A stretch of DNA of 60,784 nucleotides, filler included, from Globobulimina sp. (GCA_003354225.1; 16 parts of 16 records of this genome joined end to end with filler, not necessarily neighbours in it); one strand, 5' to 3'; positions 11,433 to 23,254 are shown, numbered from the whole stretch's first letter. Numbers and translations: made by a program. Notes: generated by a model from the sequence alone, not told the origin.

Positions 11433-12738
11433 ACTCCGCTTCATAGCTATCATTTGTTTTCATAAATTGTGTATTTGTTTGTCTATGATGCACCACCGAG
11501 GCCGAGGGGTTAATTTTTGATATAATCTGACTATTTATAGACAGCGCACTCTTGTCATCAGACACTATAATTCCTTCATCCTCCAAATGCAACCTAAACT
11601 CATCACAATTCCGTGTAATATTCCGTTTATGCGATGGATGCGATGTATTCGAATACGAGTCATTCTTCAGATGTCGCGACTCATTTTTTATCCTTTTTTT
11701 ATGCAATTTCGCGTTACAAATATGCGGCGTAGTGCGCCTGGCCTGTGGCGGTGAGGGCGTTTTTGAGTACATACGCATGCGCACATTTTTTCTGTCGGAC
11801 TTATGCATCAATATGGATTCATGAATATCGTTTTCGTGATAAATGTCGACTCGTTTGGGACCTTTGTATTCCCTCTGATCGCTACAAGTGGACTGTGGCG
11901 AGGAATGTATTTGTAATTTATATCTGTTGTTCCATGCCTTATTCGCCAACAACTCGGCAGACAACATAGTGTGTTCGCGAATGCCTAACAGCATAATCTG
12001 AGTGTATAACATTTTAAAAAACCACAAGCAACGCATAATGCGTATACTGTCACGTATGACGCGAACAAATAACATGGTCACGTTGTCGATATTTTGGTTG
12101 TGCCGCAAATCAAAAACAAAGTAGGCGGCGCAACAGCCAATGGACAATAACAAGACAAGAATATCGATCCAGGCTTCCCAGCCAGACTTAAAATATTGGC
12201 ACAGATTGCAGTTATGGATGGCGCCGATGGCGAATAACATTTCTATGAACAGTATGGAGGTAATGCCAAAGTCGCACAGCATGTACCACAAAGGAAGGTC
12301 GGAGTGCCATACACTCTCATGTTGGATTATCAACATGATTTCGTAGAAAATTAAGGCAGAATTTAATAATATCGTCACTGTGTTTAATAATATGATGATT
12401 TTGATGCCGGCTGCACTGAAACAGCATAAACGATAGCAACGGCCACACCGTCTCCAGTTGTGTGATGGCGTCACGTCTGAATAGATTTCGATGGTTTTGT
12501 TGCGTGATCTGCCCCGAGTTGGCATGTCAGGTTCGGAGCCATCGAGGTCGAGCTCTATGGACGCGGATCTTACGCTTATATTCATGTCATCATCGGCTTG
12601 GATTGGTAACGACTCGTTAAAGTTGATGTCATTGTCACTGTGGGAAACAATGGCTGTGTCTGGTGAGTTTTGGCGAGAGTGTTTAGCAGATGATATTGAG
12701 TCAACATCGTAACTTTCTTCGTATATAACCACTGACAT
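11433..12738 (-). CDS. Voltage-sensor-domain (S1-S4) membrane protein without pore, 3'-partial
   Basis: Four TM helices. S2 ILFIEM, S3 WEAWIDILV, S4 VRVIRDSIRIMR, then a long hydrophilic tail. Confidence 0.65.
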
Positions 12739-12854
12739 TGTGTAATAACTAGTGACTAAAGAGTTTTTTTTACAATTGAGTGCAAGGAGGAAAAGACCGG
12801 TGAAACAATTTAATGATATTCCAAACAAAACATATTGTAATTACAAAATATATG

Positions 12855-13339
12855 TTATGCCCATGCTGGTACTAAAGAATAATACAATATTAACTCTTTT
12901 CCGATGCAGAAACACTATTTATAACAAACATGTTTTCCTCAATGAACAACAATGGAAAGCAGTATATCAACATTAACTGAATACAAATCTCCTAATCTTT
13001 CGTCAAAGCTTGGTTGGAATGCTTGATTGCAATATATGTACTATGTATTGTTTGTGTTATGGTTATAATGTTATACAATTTGATAGGAAACATGTGCTGT
13101 TTAACTACGGTATCACTGGAAGCTATTTTCAATTGTTTTTTCAGAAAATTTGTTAATGATAAGAACAATTTATCAGAACCAACTTTGAACTTCTTTTGTT
13201 TCAATATTGGTGCTCCACCAACAGGACGGAAATGCACTACAACTTTTGGTGGATATGGTATGGTAATCAATGGGGATTTTATTATGTCAGTATCTTGAGC
13301 TTTACTTGCTGTTGGTGTTGATTGTATGCTGTTAGCCAT
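12855..13339 (-). CDS. ATG12: Ubiquitin-like autophagy protein ATG12, 3 exons, C-terminus AWA
   Basis: Exons 13106-13339, 12978-13040 and 12855-12914 give ..KVVVHFRPVGGAPILKQKKFKV..|YIYCNQAFQPSFDERLGDLYS|CFCIGKELILYYSLVPAWA* (118 aa). Confidence 0.92.
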
Positions 13340-13415
13340 GCTTCAAGCTCCAAATCAAAGTTTAACTATTGAAGTTTTCTTGAAGTGAGGCATTAGTGAG
13401 CTAGTCATCTCAAAC

Positions 13416-14912
13416 ATGGAACAGTTAATTCGGTTTAGAAAACTCGCTGATTCGTTGTCACAAAAGGAATTCGATTCATTTATTAAAATATCTAATTTAG
13501 ATGTCAGGAGCATGATTTTAAAAGGATTGTTCACTTCATTTCGTGTACAAATGCAAACAGATTCAAATCATATGAAATTAAAAGAAACAACACAAATTAT
13601 CGCAAACATCATTCAATCCAGAAATCCAAAACAATTAAAAGAAATTGAATCGAAAAAGGAACCAACCAAATTATCAATAAATGACTTACCATATCCGCTT
13701 ATTGGTGAATGTGGCTCTTATTTACCATTTATTGATTATAATTCATTACAAAAGGTGTCAAGGTGTGTATTTATTGGATGTAATGATCCAAATACAGTCA
13801 CAACAATCGATTTAAACATATTTCGAAAAAATCATGATTCAGACCAACATTTAAAATTACTACAATATAAAAAAGTAATTAATTTTGAAATTGATATGGA
13901 GTATATGTTAGAAATGGAATCCATTCATAATTTATCATTATCGTCAGATACCAAATCGTTATTATTATCAGATATCAATACAGAGAGAACAAAGAAATTT
14001 TTGAATTTGAAATGTATCAATTTTGATAAAATTGAAAGACTCACATTGGAGGAGCATGAATATGATGATATTACCGATCAGCCTGATGATCTTAATACAT
14101 TTTGTGATCTATTAAAACGTTTCAAAAATATAAAATTTTTAGAAATTGAATCTTCAAATTTTCCAGAATTATTTGAGAATTTGGCAGATTTAGATACACA
14201 AATTGATGGTCAACAATTTAGAAATAAAATATTTAATAATTTACAAGGTTTATCTATAGGGACTTTACAAGAATTTACAAGATGTTTTAGTGATAAATTA
14301 TTATCATTACATTTTAATTTCAATGATATAACAGCTCCAAAAAACGGATTTGTTAATTTAATAGAAATATGTATTGACGATGCAAATTATAATAAAATAA
14401 ATAATATAATAAAAACTGCAACAAAATTAGAAAGAGTACATTTAGAATTTCATAATGAATATAATTTTAGTATTCATGACAAATTAGAAGATGTTTTAAT
14501 GGAATTATTATGTCAATCCACCTTAGAATTTATTTCCATTAAAATTGGTGAAACGGATTTGTATTATGAACGAATAAAGAATGTATTGCGAAAAATATCA
14601 TTTTCAAAACGAAAAAGATTAAAAATAAGGTTAGAATTTGTAGAAGAGATTGAAAATCCAAATGAATATCTTGAAATTTTGAAAAATAAATTTAGTGGAG
14701 ATGGTGTTTTTGATAATTGGATGATAATATTTGTATTTCAATTTGTTGAACCAATGAGAGCTTATTTTGGCAAAAAGGAACAGCATAATATTGGTGGAAA
14801 AGTGCGATTAGTGAAAATTAATAAAGAATGTAAAATTAATGGCTGGAAAGAGAGATGGTTATATAATTGTTGTAAGTGTGCATTTCCAAAAAATATAAAG
14901 TATTTGTTGTAA
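13416..14912 (+). CDS. Hypothetical F-box-like/LRR-like protein
   Basis: Intronless 498-aa ORF. INDLPYPLIGECGSYL is F-box-like, followed by LxxLxI repeats. Confidence 0.6.
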   Translation: MEQLIRFRKLADSLSQKEFDSFIKISNLDVRSMILKGLFTSFRVQMQTDSNHMKLKETTQIIANIIQSRNPKQLKEIESKKEPTKLSINDLPYPLIGECGSYLPFIDYNSLQKVSRCVFIGCNDPNTVTTIDLNIFRKNHDSDQHLKLLQYKKVINFEIDMEYMLEMESIHNLSLSSDTKSLLLSDINTERTKKFLNLKCINFDKIERLTLEEHEYDDITDQPDDLNTFCDLLKRFKNIKFLEIESSNFPELFENLADLDTQIDGQQFRNKIFNNLQGLSIGTLQEFTRCFSDKLLSLHFNFNDITAPKNGFVNLIEICIDDANYNKINNIIKTATKLERVHLEFHNEYNFSIHDKLEDVLMELLCQSTLEFISIKIGETDLYYERIKNVLRKISFSKRKRLKIRLEFVEEIENPNEYLEILKNKFSGDGVFDNWMIIFVFQFVEPMRAYFGKKEQHNIGGKVRLVKINKECKINGWKERWLYNCCKCAFPKNIKYLL

Positions 14913-15087
14913 GGGGTTGTTCTTATATTGCGCAATAACAATTGAGACCTAGGACCTAGGTACCATGATATTGCAATTAAGGATGCCTAGACATGCGACC
15001 ACTAAGCTCCTTTAAACTAGTCTATTGCAATTAAGGATGGCCTAGGTCCTAGGTCTAATTGTTATTGCGCAATATAAGAACAACCCC
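14913..15087. mobile_element. PIF/Harbinger (Tourist-like) MITE, 175 bp
   Basis: About 47-bp terminal inverted repeats GGGGTTGTTCTTATATTGCGCAATAACAATT.., flanked by TAA on both sides (14910-14912, 15088-15090). Internal direct repeat TATTGCAATTAAGGATG x2. Confidence 0.85.
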
Positions 15088-15375
15088 TAAGTGTGTGTGG
15101 TATTTGTTCCTAAATTAATAAAACTTTTTTTTAATTTTAATTNNNNNNNNNNNNNNNNNNNNNNNNNNNNNNNNNNNNNNNNNNNNTTAATTAATTAANN
15201 NNNNNNNNNNNNNNNNNNNNNNNNNNNNNNNNNNNNNNNNNNCCATAAACTGCATTACAACTGTAAAATAACAGTTTATAGATCCTAGAAACGCTAAAAT
15301 GTTAAAAAGTTTTGTTTGTTTTAACGTATTTTTATTTATTTTTTTTTAATTTAATTTAATTGAACAAGTTATCTT

Positions 15376-16894
15376 TTATAATTTACTAAATAAAAATCTT
15401 GGTGGTCTCTTTGCATCAAATTGTTGATATTTTGTCAAAATTTGTTGCCCAACAGAAATAATACCACAATTCTTCACCGAATAAAATGATCCAAAAAACA
15501 CAGAATCATCCCCTGGTAACGCTTGACGATCATTTAAATGTAGCGCCCCTCGATAGGTCGACAACGTATCCATTGGCTCTCGAGTCACCTCACTCGTCAT
15601 CTGATTCACTTGTGGCACGGCACATAAATATCTGGATATATCACACAAACACACACAAATTTCTGTATATATCCGCACATTCAGACACTAAAAAAACATA
15701 AAAACACTCATTCAGACATTTCAGCACATAAAAACACCATTTTTTTTATACAACACACACCTTCGCCGACTCCATATAAACTCCACATCCTCAGATTTCT
15801 GCTTCGATGCGGATGCGAATGTGATGCTTTTCATATAATCCTCATAATGCGGCGCCGGCAAGCCGTCCACAATAATATTTAACCGAAATCCAGCAGTAAA
15901 CCACGTAAAACCTTGCTGTTTCACGGCCAATAACCGGCGATTCAACTCATCCAACGACTGCTCACTGACCACCGACACTGAGTAATAATTCTGAAAGCCG
16001 GCCACATCGTCGCCTTCCTTCACGCCGATCTTATAATAACCAGGAGCTGTCCGGTAATTATGGTCAGCCACACGGACTAACATGAACTCTGAGCGCGGCT
16101 TATTAATATACGCCGTGATCCATTTACTAATTTCTGGGCCTTGGTCCCAAGCAATAATCGGCGTATTGCACGAACGCCAATTCACGTTGACCTCACTCGC
16201 CTGGCTACGCACAATGGGCACAAGGATGTCGTTCACACGGATGCCGGCATCGAAATTGTTGATATGAGGGTGGATGAAATTTGCTTGGATGCGCGATAAT
16301 TTTGGGAATCGTAATTGATTCACCACTTTTCCAGTGGCTTTGTTGACCCACGCATAAATTCGGTCGTTTTTGACGCCTTGTTTGGTGATCTCGATATGCG
16401 GCACCGGCAAAGATCGACAGCCTTTGATGGGATAAAGGAATAATTTGGTCACTCGGACATTGTCTAACACGCTGGAATCAAATCGTTCTGCGTCGAGTTC
16501 AAATCGTTCATCTTCTGCACGTAATTCACCAATTTTTAATTTGGCCAACATCTTCTTGGCATATACGGGATGCACTACACCTTTAAATACGGCGGTCGCG
16601 TCTTTGCCAAAATATGGCTTGATTACGGCGGTGGAGAAATGTATGTCGCTTAATATGAATTTGGTGATATCGTAAACATTGCCATCGATGGCGAGCCAGA
16701 TGCCTTTTTCGACTGAATCATGGCGTGCTACTTCTGACATATCATACTTCGCTACTCCGGCGGCATCTGTATTTTTTGTGTGGTTAGTTGTAGGTACAAG
16801 GAATGTTAGGTAATGTTTGTGTTTGTGTTTGTGTTTGTGTTTGTGTTTGTGTCAATATATATCTACATGTACCTTGTTTTTTAATGTCACTCAT
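15376..16894 (-). CDS. Cytochrome b5-MOSC (mARC-like molybdoenzyme) fusion, 3 exons
   Basis: b5 motifs EVARH..WLAIDGNVYDITKF..GKDATAVF..H. MOSC_N motifs LFLYPIKGC, NDR and QLRFPKL. MOSC motifs SLDELNRRL, FRLNIIV and YLCAVPQVNQ. Introns about 16767-16872 and 15632-15760 join in frame. Confidence 0.85.
16814..16851. repeat. (TGTTTG)n microsatellite within intron
   Basis: About six tandem hexamers. Confidence 0.85.
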
Positions 16895-17020
16895 TGGAAG
16901 AGATTGTTTGTTGGAGAATTTGGGTTGAAAAGTTTTTTTTGATGTAAATAATGAAACGGATGAAGCTGAATAATATGACTAGTTTACAGCAACGATATTC
17001 ATTTTTTTGTAATTGATATA

Positions 17021-17151
17021 CTTTAGAATAGGACGTGTTTAGAATACCGCGTGTTTAAACAATTTAAAATCCTATGGAGATTTACATACAGCGCTAGGAT
17101 AATGTATACAATTTCAAAAAAAAAGTGTTCTAAACAGGTCCTATTCTAAAG
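17021..17151. mobile_element. Tc1/mariner-type MITE, 131 bp
   Basis: 27-bp TIRs CTTTAGAATAGGAC(G/C)TGTTTAGAA(T/C)AC, flanked by TA on both sides (17019-17020, 17152-17153). Confidence 0.75.
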
Positions 17152-17435
17152 TACATGTAAATAATATTAATGTTTAGATTTATCATCTGATTTGATCTAT
17201 TACGGATTTTGGACAAAAAAAAAGGGTTCCGAATGCAAATGCATAAACTGTCTCACATTTTTTTATTTATATTAGCAATTCATTACATATACAAATTGGA
17301 AGATGGACTTTTTTAAAGTTTGATACCGACAGACTTGGACTTATATGTTAGTTTTGCTCCCACGGTTAATTAACAAAATTAAATAATACATTAAATACAA
17401 AACGCTAAAAAACGAAGTGAATCAGAAGATACTCT

Positions 17436-18809
17436 TCAACAATGAGTAATTGCCGGATCCACAGACAATGAGCCATGGACACTGGTTCCTTCACTCTTCA
17501 ATTCTTGTAATTCTTCCTGATCAAAGCATACATCCGCTTGTAATTCAATATTTTCTGTCAGACTCAGATGCACATTTTGTGCATCAGTAATATTCTGTTG
17601 ACAAAGCGGACATTTATTGTTTAAATATAACCATTCATCACTACAATGGACATGGAAATGATGATTACATTTTAAAATACGTATTTTATCGTTTTCTGCA
17701 TAATCTTCCAAACAAATTATGCATTGCGGACTGTCAATATCTTGAGTACTGGATTTATAACTGATTACTTTCAATTTTTTAACTTGTCGCTTCGAGGCAC
17801 CATTCGGATGCGGCGTAGTTCGCAAACGTAAACAAAATAATATTTGGTGTCGGAATGCACAGAAAAATGATATAAAAATACCACAAATAAACGAGCTGGA
17901 CACAGTAAAGGCGAATACCAATAAGATTTTCTTCAACAAATTGTCTGGTTCATCTATACGGATATTATTATATCGAATATATTCAAATTGAGCTGAAATA
18001 TAAAATAAATAAAATGTACGCATATTTTATTTATTTTCTGTATACACTTAACAATTTGTAACCACTTGAAACGAATAATTCATGTCATCAAATGTCGAAT
18101 CTTCAGAACCATATACTTCGAAAAAGTGCCATTCCCCTTCGTTATAATATGAATCTGCAGAAACAATTATAATCTGTTCTTGATAATTATTAATATGATT
18201 TCTTTCGGCTCTGTTTGGAAAATAATATGAAGAGAATTTTTTTTCCGAATATGCATACAAATCAATATCCATTGTCTCGTAATTTGGGTTTGGTGTCAAT
18301 CTCACTTCAATGGGTAACTGACTGTTTTCTAATTTCATTCCGTATCTCCTCCTTTTTCGCAATTTTATTCCATCTGAATATACTTTGTTTGGTTTGATTG
18401 CGAGGTTTTTGTTGAATCGTATCGATATTGAACGTGTTGAACTTCCTGAATTGCTTACAATTAAATTAAATGTACAATCGTTTTTATATGAGACACATAA
18501 ATCTCGCGTATTGGTTGGATGTAACAAATAATAGGCTGCTGAGTTCGAATCTAATTCACTATCAATGGTCGTATTTGTGTTCAAATGAATTAATTCATAA
18601 CTTACAGACTTGGATCCTATAATATATAGATACTCATCATGATCTAATGAAATTTGATATGTTTGAATAGTATCAGATGCAAGTCGTATACGGTAATATT
18701 TATTTCCGTAGTCACCAACATTAACTACATCGAGTGATGCTGAGATTTGCAGCGTTATCAGAAGCACTAAGAATAGTATTATGCGATGTTGCTGATGGTG
18801 TCTAGCCAT
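17436..18809 (-). CDS. Membrane-anchored RING-H2 E3 ubiquitin ligase, 2 exons
   Basis: Signal peptide, luminal domain, TM, then CIICLEDY..CNHHFHVHCSDEWL..KCPLC. Intron 17993-18052 is in frame. Confidence 0.85.
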
Positions 18810-19255
18810 GTTCGGTTTTCAAGATTAAAATAAAAGTAAACAGAAGTGATTACCAAAATGTTGCAAGCAGATAAAGTAATAAGAGCGCTTACTTATGCAT
18901 ACATTTACAATTTTGATTGCATCTGTATTGCAGGATGCAACTGGCTGTAAANNNNNNNNNNNNNNNNNNNNNNNNNNNNNNNNNNNNNNNNNNNNTTAAT
19001 TAATTAANNNNNNNNNNNNNNNNNNNNNNNNNNNNNNNNNNNNNNNNNNNNAATGCGTGTTATCTGTATACAATATGTATAAAATAATATTCAATAGAAA
19101 GTATAAGAATTTATAAACAGGAGAGCATTTTTCCATTATTATGTGTGAAATTATATTGTTAATTATATTATATTTAATATTAAAATGTTATTCATAAAAA
19201 TATATCTAGAAACGGTAGAGAGTTGAACTCTACAAATTGCCACTCATTTCACAAC

Positions 19256-19488
19256 TCAAACGTGTTTGCATAATTTCGACGGATTTCTGTTGTGTAAATA
19301 TAATGGATAACCATCTTTAATTAATTCGATCTCAATCTCACCATCCGGGTGATCGGTTAAGTAGTCACGGAAAAGATTGATATTAAAATGTTGTTTTATA
19401 GGCGGTGGATGTTCCCAAAGCTGTACTAATTCTTGGAGTAAATCAGCACATTCAGAGTCGATTTCTGTTAGTTTGGGAATCACTTTTT
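19256..19488 (-). CDS. Putative exon encoding the N-terminal part of a DIRS/Ngaro-like RT ORF
   Basis: HPD...GYP motif. Preceded by ACTAAC branch point and TTTACAG acceptor, with a possible GTTTGA donor at 19261. Confidence 0.45.
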
Positions 19489-19604
19489 CTGTAAACAAAC
19501 ATAGTGGGTTAGTTTATATGGAAAAAGGTTTAGTTACGAAAGGAAATATTTGTTATAAATCAAAGAAATAAATTCAGAAATTTTGAGAAAGTCGTATACA
19601 ATTA

Positions 19605-22554
19605 TTAAGTAAAAATGGTTGGACAGTGCGGTATTGTATGTGTTGTTGAACCGCAAATACAAATATGGAGTCTTTGTTGATTTCCAGCATTGCATGATAG
19701 ACCACTTTTGACTGTGCAATTTTCGTCATTCATATGATGAGCTGCACACATTTTGTTCAATTCAACTTTGTGTTTCTTATTCTTTAATTGGGAGCGAGTT
19801 GCTTCCATCCAACGATGTAATCTGCCGGTTCTATTTTTCCTTTCTTGCGGAGTCATTCCCGTATGTTTCGCAGTTATTTTATGTTTAGGGATTGCTCCAA
19901 ATTCCTCCATCAATGACGGTTTAACGTCAGATAAATGTTTCTGATCTTTCAACAATTTGATATGGTCATAATTACGAAACATATGTTGCATCCAGAGATC
20001 ATCCGATTTGGTTCCACTTACTTTCTCTAAATTTAATTGTTGGCGTAAATGTGTATTCTGTACATCCCTCACAATCGAAGATCTTTGCTTGAATGATCTG
20101 TTAAATACTTGATTTACAAAATTATAAAATAATTGAGCGTCAATTTGTGGATCATCGACTAGGATTTGTATAATTTTCTCAAATTCTCGCCAATCATTTG
20201 TTGCTACGGACAACATTCTGGAGTAACATTCAAATTCTCTCAGTGGATTGCATTTGATCTTTTTCTTTTTGTATAAAATGCTCAAATTTTGTACAATTGC
20301 TTTCCTTGAATGTGATATATGCAATGACCAAATTGTAATTAATCGATGTACTTCGGTTATAAATTTGAAAATATTTGTTTTATCTTTGAATATATTGTTA
20401 ATTGTTGATGTAATTCTCGCTCTTATCAAATTTTGAGTATTCTCTGCGTATTGAATAAGATTTAAAATAATTTCAGAGATTTTATTTGGATTTACCCTCC
20501 AAATAAAGAGTAATAATTCCAATTCGGAATCGAAACGTTTGTCCAATTTTGAACGTGTTCGTTTCTTCCGTTTCTTGCGAGAATGTGATGAATCACTCCC
20601 ATCGGAGTCAGAATCTATATATAATTTATGCAATGGATTTAATTTATAAATGTTCTCAAATGAACTAATGAACAAAACAAAAATCAATCAAATTATGCTT
20701 GAGGTGCAATGGGTAGCATTGTGATATTTTGTTTGTTAATATCGACCGTTGTGAGCTATAGTGACTATTTTAGGTAATTACCATTCGTCGTAGCTACAAA
20801 TTTGGTCATCAATATCAATAAAAGTGAATATAAAGGAGAGAGAAAACACATTTTACACAAACGTTACTCTCCAAATAAACGTTTTCGTGCAATGTCTCAG
20901 AAACAAAGGACATCCAAAGTCATACAATAGATTTCGAACAAGCGTATTGTTCAAACGACTCACATGACAGAAGGAGACAGACCAACTTACCTTGAATTTC
21001 ATCGACAATTTGCTTTCCTCTCTTTTTATTCGCCATTTTTTGATATAAATCTTGATGGAGGGAATGTTGTTGATGTGTCCGTGTTTCATCTGCAATTAAT
21101 TCGAAACCGAGCACTGTTTTATTTACATAATGCTCGTGACTCCATCGTGTAACGCCACGTTTGTCGGAATTAAGCATATCGTCCACCGACTGTTGTTGTG
21201 GTGATCTAATCGATGAGTCCTTTGATGATAAAATGCCTAAACTTAAGGCTAAATCGTCCTGTTTTTGCATAATCGCACGGAGATATTTTGAAGGTGGCGG
21301 AGTACGTTCCGGGTCGCCTGAATATGGCGGAGGAGACGGATGGGCATATTTATATTCTTCGTCATCCTCTAAATCCAATATGGAATGATCCACTTTCCTC
21401 TTTTTTTGCGGTTTAAATAACTCCAATTCATCCCAGTCAGTGTATGAACGTTCCCTGACTTTCTCTTTCTGGATGAAACGGACTTTCCCTTTTTGAAATT
21501 TATACGTTTCTTTGGGGATAATATTGAGCGATTTGATCCGTTCACCATCATCGTTGATAAATCCTTTCTTTGTTAAAAAATCAAATTGTTTGAAATAAAT
21601 CTGAATTACACTCGTTTGCAATTCACGGCCTTTAAGGCTCAAAAGTCGACCAAATTTATTTGATGCTGGTACCAAATGGTGATACACTCGAAAATTGATC
21701 AGATATTGCAACATACGATGATTGTATGCATTTAATTCGCCTTTTACATCGTTATAATTTAATGATTTTTTACGATAATTCGCAATGTTTTTAATTAAAT
21801 CGGACCTGTAATCAATCACTGATTTCAATAAATTCATAAATTGTGATTCATAATGATTCGCCTTATCAGCTAAGACAAATTTTGAGTATTTAATCTTACG
21901 AATTTGAGAAACATTCGCATCTTTGTCAGATCCATCGGATTTTATGTCATCTCTTTTAATCTCGACGCGTTCTTCATGAATATCGAAGTAATCGGCGTCT
22001 CCAGAACGAGGATTTGCTGCTGGCACTGGAGGTTCTACGCCTCCTCTCTCATCCACTGAGCCCTCAACATCAGAGTCAGACTCCTCACCTCTTGGTCTTA
22101 CGACTTGTTCTTGTGGGGGATTGGGGAAATCCCAGTTTGCGATCATTGATGGGATGTCATATTTCGTTTTTCGAGCATCCCAGAGGCGGAGTCGACGCAC
22201 AGTTAATTCGGGATAAAACCAAATAACATTTGATAATAAAGTTGTGATGTTGTTATGATTTGCTTTGTGATGCTCAGGGTTAGCTTCTTCATACGCCACA
22301 GCCTTGAAATAAGCGTCATTTATCCCTTGGAAATCCACATTCATTCCCTTTGTGTTTCCATAAATATGGATTGTTGTTGATTTAACTAAAGCTGCTATCG
22401 CAGCCACAGTATCACTTGATAATAATCCTCTCCCTGCCGCGGATGATATTTTGTTTGGAATAATCACATGTTTGAATTGCGGATCCGGGGAGTGATAATA
22501 TTGATTCTCGGGAACGTGTACTCCGGAGACATATACTTTTTCATCATCGGCCAT
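19605..22554 (-). CDS. Gag-like protein with C-terminal Cys/His zinc finger, putatively spliced (857 aa)
   Basis: Exon 20991-22554 ends CAAG|GTAAGT. Acceptor TATATAG|AT at 20615/20614 restores the frame of the 360-aa ORF. Confidence 0.55.
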
Positions 22555-23094
22555 TTGAGCGTGTTAAGCAATTACGTTGAGTTACCGTTAGCGTTGCTGT
22601 TCTTTTTCTTGTGTGACTAGGTGATTGCGTTTAGCTGAGGTTTTTTGAATCAATTGAGAAACTAAACCTATGGGAGCGGTAACGCTCAGAAACCCCTGGA
22701 AATCATTATTTTGCTTTGGGTGTGATAGCTTTAATTATTGTAGCTGCAACTCATAANNNNNNNNNNNNNNNNNNNNNNNNNNNNNNNNNNNNNNNNNNNN
22801 TTAATTAATTAANNNNNNNNNNNNNNNNNNNNNNNNNNNNNNNNNNNNNNNNNNNNTTCAAGGTTAATGTTTATGTTTATCTTTAATGTTTAGTGTTTAT
22901 TGTTTATTGTTTGCTGTTTATGTTTAGCTGTTTAAAATGATACATACAGTACAATTTAGCATTGGATGGTTTAGCCGGTATGAGGCAGCAAGTGAATAAT
23001 AATATTAACAACAACAATAATAACAGCAACAATAATAGCAATAGCAATAATAATTAAATGACTAATCATAATTTGTAAATTAATTTTTTTAAAG

Positions 23095-23230
23095 CATTGA
23101 ATCTATTGGATCTACTTAAATCTATTAGATCCACCTTGGATCTAATGGATCTACTTAAATCTACCTTAGATCTATTGGATCTATTAGATCTACTCAAAAA
23201 GTAGATCCAAGTAGATTTAGAAGATCTAAG
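23095..23230. repeat. Degenerate 9-10 bp (GATCTA-core) tandem array
   Basis: About 14 units such as ttagatcta, ttggatcta and ttaaatcta. The last units are inverted. Confidence 0.8.
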
Positions 23231-23254
23231 AGGAACTGATTCAGTTGGTATCTT

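Larger units (their letters stand above)
19052..22554 (-). mobile_element. DIRS/Ngaro-like (tyrosine-recombinase) retroelement, 5' part
   Basis: Gag-like ORF ending C..HH..C...C...H.C.CG...H....C, followed by LFRDYLTDHPD..IELIKDGYPL, which resembles the segment preceding the RT in DIRS/Ngaro elements. RT core and YR are not on the contig. Confidence 0.55.

Noticed and set aside
23095-23230. CRISPR-like array
   Set aside because: Units are 9-10 bp with no unique spacers, there are no cas genes and the context is eukaryotic.
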